Shown here piece after piece: positions 56,728 to 64,000 of a stretch of DNA of 64,000 nt; the stretch's first letter is position 1; each line of letters begins with the position of its first letter. The translations under genes and the position numbers were made by a program. The DNA lies in the NCBI GenBank assembly GCA_963771465.1, contig CAVYTU010000013.1:64001-128000 (forward strand), in the 5' to 3' direction. Below the pieces are notes generated by a model that saw nothing but the letters and a program-made list of their open reading frames with translations, searched no databases and had not been told where the DNA came from. Source of the stretch: an uncultured delta proteobacterium. Its GTDB lineage: Bacteria > Desulfobacterota > Binatia > UBA9968.

Positions 56728-58338
56728 TCATCGGATGAAGTGTCTTTTTTCCACCAGCGGTAAAGAAATACTGCCGGCGCTTAAGAGTTTGTCGTGGAAT
56801 TCGCACAAGCTAAACTTGCTGCCCAGTCGTTGCCGTTCTTGGTCGCGTAGGCGGTTGATGATCGACCAGCCGAGCGCATAGCCCATCGGCACCGACGGTG
56901 ACTGGCTGTACCAGTTGAGATCGCCGCAGGCCTGTTCGCGGGGAAAATGCAGCTCGCGCACCATCCGGTCGGCGGCTTCATCGTAGGTCATTTTGCCGGT
57001 TTGGGTTTTTACGTCGATGATGATTCGCAGCGCGCGCCACAGGCGGTCTTTGAGCATGACGAAGCGGTGCTCTTGGGACTGTAAGAAGCCTTGCTCCTGC
57101 ATGAGCTGCTCGCAGTAAAGTGCCCAGCCTTCGTAAAACACGGAAGACTCGTTCATGAGACGCGGCAGAGTTGCCGCCGCCGGCGTGCCGTTGGCGATGG
57201 AAAACTGTAAATGGTGGCCGGGATAGCTTTCGTGTACCGAGGTATTCTCCAATCCGACGAAGTTGTGCTCGCGCAGCAAATCGTCGTTGGTTACCGGCGT
57301 GACGTAATAGTAGCCGACTTGGTCAGGGTCTTTCGGCGACGGCGAAAGATAAGCCGCGAACGGAATTTCGTGGCGGCGGAATACCGGCGTGTGGACGACA
57401 TGGAGTTCTTCTTTGGCTGGAAATGTCACCAGCCGCTTTTCCCGGACAAAGTCGCGCGCCGCTTTCATCGCTCGGTCATAGACCGACAAGACTTGATCGC
57501 TCGACGGATGGTTTTCCTGAATGCTCTTGGCAACCGCTTCGACGCTCTGGCCCGGCGCCAATTCTTCAGCGAGGGTTTCCAGCTCAAGCTTAGTCTTGGC
57601 GAAAAGATTTTCTCCCAGGGCGAGGAGACTCTGGGCGTCGTGATCGAGAAAGTGTTTTTTCTTTAGCAGCAGGTTGAAATGCTCTTCGCCGACGGCGTAG
57701 ACGCCGCGGCTGCGGGGCAGGAGATGCTGTTCGAGAAATGACGCGAAGTCATTGATCGCGCTCTTGGCTCTCCCAATCGCTGTGCCGAGGGTAATCGCGT
57801 CGATTGTCGCGGCTTGGACTTTGGGATGGTCCGCCAGGCTGTCGAGAAAAGCGATGCCGCCCTTGGCGCCTTCAAGCGCATTCTCCGTCCAAAGCTTGGG
57901 CGGATTGGCTGCTTTACGGTTTAGATTGGTGATGCCCTGTTGCATCAGCGCCGGTGTGCGATTCAAACGGCTCAGGAGATTGCCGGCGAGATCGTTGGTC
58001 GCGCGCACCGTGAGAATGTAGATCGCGTCGATGGGCGAGTAGGTATCCGGCTGCTTGAGGCGGTAGTCTTCCTTGGCGTGTTCGTATTGCTGAATCGTCA
58101 GTCTGCCTTCGAGCAAGGCGTAATCGATGGCTTCGTCCGCGGTCAAATCCGCGGTCGGAATTTGCCGCAGTTTGCGCAGCGATTCCCGCACGAAGATGGT
58201 TTCCGCTTTGTAGCTCTTGTCGGAATAATCGTTGAGCAGGTGGTCATAGCCGGCGATGCCATAATAGATAGCGTCGGTCGGGTGCAGGTCGAAGTATGAT
58301 TTGAAATAGCTTGCGCAAAATTCGCTGAACTCGGACAT
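56728..58338 (-). CDS. DUF885 family protein (putative metallopeptidase)
   Basis: HESYPGHHLQ, FYEGWALYCE, LWRALRIIID, FHD.LL..GSI.L motifs. Confidence 0.92.
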   Translation of the reverse strand: MSEFSEFCASYFKSYFDLHPTDAIYYGIAGYDHLLNDYSDKSYKAETIFVRESLRKLRQIPTADLTADEAIDYALLEGRLTIQQYEHAKEDYRLKQPDTYSPIDAIYILTVRATNDLAGNLLSRLNRTPALMQQGITNLNRKAANPPKLWTENALEGAKGGIAFLDSLADHPKVQAATIDAITLGTAIGRAKSAINDFASFLEQHLLPRSRGVYAVGEEHFNLLLKKKHFLDHDAQSLLALGENLFAKTKLELETLAEELAPGQSVEAVAKSIQENHPSSDQVLSVYDRAMKAARDFVREKRLVTFPAKEELHVVHTPVFRRHEIPFAAYLSPSPKDPDQVGYYYVTPVTNDDLLREHNFVGLENTSVHESYPGHHLQFSIANGTPAAATLPRLMNESSVFYEGWALYCEQLMQEQGFLQSQEHRFVMLKDRLWRALRIIIDVKTQTGKMTYDEAADRMVRELHFPREQACGDLNWYSQSPSVPMGYALGWSIINRLRDQERQRLGSKFSLCEFHDKLLSAGSISLPLVEKRHFIR

Positions 58339-58407
58339 GCCAGTGAGATATCACCTAAATCACTAGCGCGCAATTTTTCACTGACGCGGCTCGGCGAAGC
58401 GCGGGTT

Positions 58408-59187
58408 TTATCGTCGGACTTGCGCGGGACGGTCCAAGACGACGTTGGTGATCGCCGGGGAGTTTTCCAGAACGATCAAGGCATCGACGCCGACGCGCAG
58501 CGCGATGCCGGGAATCTTGCCGTAGAGCCGCACGACTTTGTAGCGTGTGCCGGCCAATTCGGCGAGCACGTAACTCTGCGCGCTGTGGATCGCGTGACGT
58601 TGCAACGCCCAGAGTTCTTCGCTCAAGCCGTCTTCGTGCTGCCAAGGGGTTCGCAACCCCGCGAGCACGAGCACCGTGCCGTCGCGCGTCGCACGGGTGA
58701 AAAGTGTGGACGGCACCTTTTCGCTGCTGCCGAGGTCGGCCGTGGCGGCGCGCGGCAAAGCGATCGGTTTCGGCGCCGGGATCGCGCTGCCGGAAGGGCG
58801 GTCGAGCAAGACATTGGTCACGATCGGCAGGCGCGCCAATTCGGCCAACGCGTCGGCGCCGACTTCCAATGCGATGCCCGGAATTTCCTGATAGCGGCGC
58901 ACGAGTCGGTATTTTCTGCCGTCCAAATGATTCAGCAGATCGCCTTGAATCGATGCGATGGCGCTGCGCTGCGTGCGCAGGGCTTCATCGCTGAGCCGCG
59001 ATTCCAGCCGCCACGGAACGTTCAAACCAACCAACACTAACGCCGTGCCCTGGACGGCCGTCTGATCGATCACTTCGCGGGAAATCTTACCGGCGCTCTG
59101 TGCTAGCGCGACGGTGGCAACAAGAAGCAGTAGCCCGGTGTGGCAGGTCGTTCTCAACAACCGCTGACTCCGAATCGGGTGGATCAT
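58408..59187 (-). CDS. Secreted protein with two tandem subtilase-propeptide (inhibitor I9)-like repeats
   Basis: GGAG RBS and signal peptide ending ALA-Q; two ~95-aa repeats (GT.LVL.GL..PW..E..LS.E....QR.AI.S.Q...Y...R.Y..IPGIAL.VG.DAL..L...P..TNV.LDRP) joined by a Pro/Ala linker. Confidence 0.7.
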   Translation of the reverse strand: MIHPIRSQRLLRTTCHTGLLLLVATVALAQSAGKISREVIDQTAVQGTALVLVGLNVPWRLESRLSDEALRTQRSAIASIQGDLLNHLDGRKYRLVRRYQEIPGIALEVGADALAELARLPIVTNVLLDRPSGSAIPAPKPIALPRAATADLGSSEKVPSTLFTRATRDGTVLVLAGLRTPWQHEDGLSEELWALQRHAIHSAQSYVLAELAGTRYKVVRLYGKIPGIALRVGVDALIVLENSPAITNVVLDRPAQVRR

Positions 59188-59390
59188 AAATATGCTCCAT
59201 CGGAATGAAGGTTCGCCCAGGTTACAGGATGAGCAGCAAGAAGCTCTGCCTTGAAAGAATACTATACCGGTTTGAGCCTGCCTGTCGAGCCGGTGTATCG
59301 TGACGCGCGTCATGGGGCGCGAAACAAAATGTTTGACCGGTCTCGGCGGAGAGGATATTCCTACAGTCAAAGTCAAAGGAAGAATTGTCC

Positions 59391-60677
59391 ATGGAACTGG
59401 AATTGCTCGATTACTCGATTGACGAATTGCGCTGGGCTGATCGGACTTCGCTGATAGGGAAATCGCTGACCGTCGCCGCGGCCGATCTTGAGGGATTACT
59501 GAAAGAGCTGAGCCATGGTATTCGCGTTGACTACGAGCTCGTCCGTCCCGGCGAATCGACACGCATCGTGCATGTCTTGGACACGGTGCTGCCGATCGCG
59601 AAGCTGTCGGACTCCGTTAAGGCATTCCCTGGTTTTGACGGTCCGGCGCAATTGGTTGGCAGCGGAAAAACGGTTCGTATCAAAAATCTTTTGGTGACGG
59701 TTGCCGGGCGTTTTCCCGACTATGACACGTTGACACCGATCGAAAAGCCGCGTGAAGGGATCATCGACATGGCCGGCATCGGCGCGCCCTATTGTTACGG
59801 CTCGGATTATTTTCATTTGGTGCTTACGCTCTCGCCGGATCAAACCGTGTCCAACGCCGCTTTCGATCACGCGCTGCGAATGATGAGTCTGCGCTGTGCT
59901 GGTTTTCTCGCGGCCGTGGCGAAAACCGAGTGTGAGCCAGAAAAGCGTTTGATCAAGCTACCGATGGTTAATGACGCTCTACCCAAAGTCGCGCTGGTTT
60001 ATCAGGTGCAGAGCCAGCTTTGTTGTGCGCGCACGTTTTACTATGGCGAAGAGATTTCGAAGACGCTGCCGACGTTCATCCATCCGGCGGAGTTTTTCGA
60101 CGGCGCGGTGGTGAGCGGTAATTTTAAAAGCGAGCGTAAGATCGCCACATCCGTGCATTGCGATAATCCATTTGTCACCGAGCTCCTCGGGCGGCACGGC
60201 AAGAGTTTAAATTTTCTTGGCGTGATTCTGTCGCGCGGTTACAACGACAGCTTCGAACAGAAAAAGAAGCAGGGATTGTGGGTGGCGCGTTTGGCGCGCA
60301 ACCTCGGCGCCGATGGCGTCGTCGCATTCATGGAAGGAACCGGCAACGGTACCGTCGATTTCATGCAAACGGTCAAGGCGTGCGAAGACGAAGGCATCAA
60401 AACTGCGGCTGTGCTGCACGAATCCAACGGGCCCAGGGGTTACGAACGGCCGCTGGTGGATCATCCTACCGAAGCGGACGGCATGATCAGCCGAGGTAAT
60501 GTGTCGGAAAAAATACTGATCCCGCCATTGACCGTCGTAGTCGGTGGCACGGAGTTGGATTTACATCTGAAGGCGAAGCACAATCCACATCTGCCATTCC
60601 TATTCGACCCAACGATTTTTTTCGGCTCCTATGGCAAGATGGGCGTCAGCGGCTTTCGCGCGGAGTATGAGAACTAG
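59391..60677 (+). CDS. Glycine/sarcosine/betaine reductase component B subunit (GrdE/GrdI-like)
   Basis: VRPGESTRI.HVLD, GSGKT, EGIIDMAG, LPKVALVY, PTFIHPAE.FDGAVVSGN, HGKSLNFLGVI, LGADGVV..EG.GN..VD. Confidence 0.9.
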   Translation: MELELLDYSIDELRWADRTSLIGKSLTVAAADLEGLLKELSHGIRVDYELVRPGESTRIVHVLDTVLPIAKLSDSVKAFPGFDGPAQLVGSGKTVRIKNLLVTVAGRFPDYDTLTPIEKPREGIIDMAGIGAPYCYGSDYFHLVLTLSPDQTVSNAAFDHALRMMSLRCAGFLAAVAKTECEPEKRLIKLPMVNDALPKVALVYQVQSQLCCARTFYYGEEISKTLPTFIHPAEFFDGAVVSGNFKSERKIATSVHCDNPFVTELLGRHGKSLNFLGVILSRGYNDSFEQKKKQGLWVARLARNLGADGVVAFMEGTGNGTVDFMQTVKACEDEGIKTAAVLHESNGPRGYERPLVDHPTEADGMISRGNVSEKILIPPLTVVVGGTELDLHLKAKHNPHLPFLFDPTIFFGSYGKMGVSGFRAEYEN

Positions 60678-60778
60678 CTGAGGCTGGAGATGATTCCAAT
60701 TCGGACGGTTAGCGGCAAGGCTTGTCCTGAGCGAATGCGCAGGAACTGGAGCCACGCAAAGGATTAAGGAGACACACA

Positions 60779-62083
60779 ATGATCAAAGTGCTCCATTATT
60801 TGAATCAGTTTTTCGCCGGCATTGGCGGGGAAGAAGAGGCTGGACAGGAAGTGGTTTTCTTGCCCCGCGCTGTCGGCGTCGGTGTTGAGATCGAGAAGGC
60901 GCTCAAAGAGTATGGAGTCGAGTTCGCCACCGTCGCTTGCGGTGATAACTACTTTCACGAAGCGGAAGAAAAGGCGCTACATGCGATTCGCTCATCCATC
61001 GCACAATTCCACCCCGACCTATTTATCGCCGGCCCGGCGTTCAATGCCGGCAGATACGGTATCGCCTGCGCTAAAGTTTGCAGTTGGGTGCGCGACAACT
61101 GGCAGATCCCGGCGATCACGGCGCTGCACGAAAACAATCCCGGCATCCAAGAAATCGGCCGCCATGTTTTCGTCGTTCAAACCGGTGCTTCGACGGCGTC
61201 GATGGCGGAAACTCTGAAACGCATCACGCTGTTGACGAAGAAGCTCATTGCGGGCGATGCCAGCGGCGCGGCGAATTTCCGCGCTGAGTATTGCTTGCCC
61301 ATTGCACGGCGCTTCACGGTTAGAACGGACAAAGCGGACCACGTGCGCGCCGTCGATCTCTTGCTGGCTAAGCTCAATGGCGAAAGATATGAAAGCGAGA
61401 TTCCGCGGCTCGAGTCCGAGCGGCATTCAATTCCAAACTTGGCGGTTGACCTTAAGGATTCGACCATCGCGCTGGTCACTGAAGGAGGTCTGGTGCCGAA
61501 GGGAAATCCCGATCGGCTGGAGAGCTCGCGCGGCTCAAAATACTTCAAATATTCCATCGACGGGCGCAATGATTTTCGACGCGGTGAATTCGAAGCGATG
61601 CACACCGGCTACGACACGTCTACGGTTGACCAAGATCCCGATCGCATCGTGCCGCTCGACGCCATGCGCGTGCTGGAAAAGGCGCAACGATTCAAAAAAC
61701 TCCACGATCACTATTTCGTGACCACCGGCACCGGCGCCATGCCGAGCAAGATGGCGGAACTCGGCGGCGGTATCGCTGATGAGCTTGTCGGCGCCGGTAT
61801 CGACGCGGTGTTGTTGACTGCGACGTGAGGCACCGGCACGCGTAGCGGCGCTACGATCGCGAAGGAGATCGAGAAGAAGGGAATTCCCGTGGTGTTGATT
61901 ACCTGTCTATCCAACGTTGCCGCGCAAGTCGGCGTCGGCAGGATACTCGGTGGTAACAAATTTCACTACCCGCTGGGCCAGCCGGAGTTGCCGGCGGCGG
62001 AAGAATTACGCTGGCGCGTGGCGCTGATCGAGAAAGCGCTGGTCTCGTTGGAGACAGAGGTCAAAGAGCCGAAGATCGATTGA
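60779..62083 (+). CDS. grdB: Reductase selenoprotein B (GrdB/GrdH-like), Sec at UGA 61826-61828, 434 aa
   Basis: HYLNQFFAGIGGEE, AGPAFNAGRYG, IALVTEGGLVPKGNPD; LTAT-UGA-GTGTRSGATIAKEIEKKGIPVV continues in frame with GrdB-like sequence to the stop at 62083. Confidence 0.88.
61829..61862 (+). promoter_or_regulatory. Putative bacterial SECIS element
   Basis: Stem CGTAGC-GGC-GCTACG starting 13 nt after the in-frame UGA, with G in the apical loop. Confidence 0.6.
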
Positions 62084-62157
62084 TGCTTGACGATTCAATC
62101 GCTGTGGGTCGATTCTCCGCAACTGGCTGCGTATTGTTAGTCGCTTATCCGAAGTGG

Positions 62158-62234
62158 GTCATTCCCGCATGCATTAAGCGGGAATCAACGCGGGTCCGGA
62201 CCTGGACCCCCGATAGGAACATTCGGGGATGACG
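62158..62234. repeat. REP-like palindromic element, copy 2
   Basis: GTCATTCCCGCATGCATTAAGCGGGAATC...CCTGGACCCCCGATAGGAACATTCGGGGATGACG, between convergent genes like copy 1. Confidence 0.85.
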
Positions 62235-62289
62235 CCCTTAAGACGAATCTCATCGCCGAGCTAATACCCGCAGCTCGCTACGGGGTTGT

Positions 62290-63714
62290 TTAGCGCGCCG
62301 AGCCGCCGGTGATCTGGCTTGCGGTATCGAGCCAGTCGAGCTCCATCGTTACACCCAGGAAAAATCGCCGCACGGTATCGTCGACCAGCCGGCGCGCGTC
62401 TTTGCCACGCGCGGCATCGATGAGTTCGAGCGCTCGTTGGTAGGCCTCGATGTCGAGCGGATCGTCGGCGCGCCGGTCGAATTCGCTCACCAGCCGATCG
62501 AGCGCTTTGTCGAGGATCGCCATGCCGCCGCGGTTGCGCACGTAACCGCAAGCGGCAACGAAGCCGATTAAGAACGGATCGCCATTCATCATCACATAAC
62601 GCTGATTGGCGTCCGACTCATAAGCCGCCGCCAGCTTGGGATGAACTTCGCCGCTGATTCGTTTCAACGTGGTGACGATATCGGTGATGTCGCCGATGTT
62701 ATCCAAGTAGGGCTGGTTCTCGTCGAGGAAACGCTCGGTCTCCACCGCTGTCGTCACATGGGCGTTGTGGGTGATAAACGCTTGGGTCGCCATGACGATA
62801 TCCGAGGCGAGAAATTTATCCCTGGGCCGCTGCTCGCCCGGCATCCTGCCGAGATCTTCCCAGATTGGGATGCCTTCGATTTTGAGATGCTCGATGAGCG
62901 GCCGTTTCATGATTTCCAACTGTACCCGCAAGCTCATGCGCCGCTGGCTCGAATTGAACGTCACCATGTAGTGGAGCAGGCCGGCGAGGCCGATACCGTA
63001 GAATATTTCGTAGCGAATCATCCGTTGCAGTAATGTTTCCGTGGCGCTTTGCGGATCACCGAGTTTTTTTACCGACCCGGCAACGAAGTTCCAGGCCTCC
63101 TCGGGCACGATGCCGTCTTGCACCAACTGTTCCCGGCGCCAGACCAACAGGACGGCGATAAGAAAGCAGTAAAGCCGCTGCAGCCCGTCGATGATCGAGT
63201 AACGAATGTTACCGTCGTTGAGCGAGCGCACGCCGCCGGCCCAGCCGATGGCAGCGATCTTACTTTCCGGCATGGCCGCGCCTTCGATGAAGTCGCGGAT
63301 CAGCCGGCGGTAGATCGGGTCGGTCATGTGATCGAATGGCGGCCGCTGGAAAAAGTTGTCTTTGACCGACAAGCGTTGGATGTAGGTGCCGAGGGACTCG
63401 CGCACGTGGCCGATCCTGCCGTCGGTCTTGGGATCGTCGATCTCCGGTCCGATAATAGTTACCGGACCCGGGCGCGTGAGCACCGCGGTGAATGCACTGC
63501 TCTTGAGCTCCTGCACCAAGGTTGTCACTGCGCTGTGAAGCTTGCGCGCGCGTTCCAGTTTCGTCGGCTTTTTGGCCCGGCGTTGGCCGCCGCCACCGCG
63601 CAGGTTTCTTAGTTCACGCTTGACGGTTCGAACCGACGGGCCGCTGTCCGCCACGTCCGGTCCGCGCACGATGTAATCGACGATGCCGTTTCTGCCGTAC
63701 TCGTTGATGGCCAT
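62290..63714 (-). CDS. Hypothetical protein with ParB/Srx-superfamily (DUF262/DndB-like) motifs
   Basis: Strong AGAAAGGAGG RBS before MAINEYG; FQR...LIRDF..G..MP...YSIIDGLQRL and a later FN..QR.M motif. Confidence 0.7.
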   Translation of the reverse strand: MAINEYGRNGIVDYIVRGPDVADSGPSVRTVKRELRNLRGGGGQRRAKKPTKLERARKLHSAVTTLVQELKSSAFTAVLTRPGPVTIIGPEIDDPKTDGRIGHVRESLGTYIQRLSVKDNFFQRPPFDHMTDPIYRRLIRDFIEGAAMPESKIAAIGWAGGVRSLNDGNIRYSIIDGLQRLYCFLIAVLLVWRREQLVQDGIVPEEAWNFVAGSVKKLGDPQSATETLLQRMIRYEIFYGIGLAGLLHYMVTFNSSQRRMSLRVQLEIMKRPLIEHLKIEGIPIWEDLGRMPGEQRPRDKFLASDIVMATQAFITHNAHVTTAVETERFLDENQPYLDNIGDITDIVTTLKRISGEVHPKLAAAYESDANQRYVMMNGDPFLIGFVAACGYVRNRGGMAILDKALDRLVSEFDRRADDPLDIEAYQRALELIDAARGKDARRLVDDTVRRFFLGVTMELDWLDTASQITGGSAR

Positions 63715-64000
63715 TCTGGCCTCCTTTCTAACTTCGTATCCGGGAAACTGGATTGCCATATTGGTTATAGTTTCCTCGCGGTAAACTGAGGGAAGGGTTT
63801 TCGCAAGCTGTGTGGAAAGACGATGGTTATGACAGCGACGACAGCGAGCGAGCGCAAAACTCTTCGATGTCCTGGTTTGTCGCTTGGCGTGGATTAGCAC
63901 GATTCTATTCATCGCGTGCCTGAAAAAACCGCCGCCGAGAACGTTGGAAATGGGAAGATTAGGGGTGGATCGCTTTGCCGTTGAAGCAATCGCGATGGTA

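Noticed and set aside
59188-59562. N-terminal extension of ORF 58408-59562 (similar extensions on the ORFs ending at 63912, 45555, 39385 and 10475)
   Set aside because: These extensions overlap neighbouring genes or spacers and lack family similarity; downstream starts have better RBS or signal-peptide context.
61889-62083. 64-aa ORF called separately in the ORF track
   Set aside because: It is the in-frame C-terminus of the selenoprotein after the Sec UGA, not a separate gene.

Overview
GC-rich bacterial chromosomal window. Its gene content (many orphan NMT1/THI5-type substrate-binding proteins, amidohydrolases, LLM oxidoreductases, a Rieske oxygenase, a GrdB/GrdE-like pair) resembles Candidatus Binatia/Binatota; this is an inference from gene families only. 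1-35.6 kb is a catabolic and transport mosaic with several decayed or frameshifted genes, an ICL2-type isocitrate lyase plus malate synthase G, and one solitary integron gene cassette with an intact attC. 35.7-43.3 kb carries GH13/treZ genes, a CYTH-like orphan and a translationally coupled GAPDH pair in which the first copy lacks the catalytic Cys. 43.3-58.3 kb is mostly housekeeping (rnr, AsmA, paaFGHJ-like genes, TetR, peroxiredoxin, VIT1, nfo, DUF885), with an unannotated ~176-nt rod-like, 6S-like RNA upstream of rnr. The right end has a tandem I9-like secreted protein, a GrdE/GrdI-like gene, a UGA-recoded selenoprotein B with a non-canonical U-x-x-G-x-x-S motif, and a ParB/DUF262-like orphan. 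No CRISPR array, rRNA, full tRNA, integrase or transposase was seen. All family calls are from motifs recognised by eye; no searches were run.
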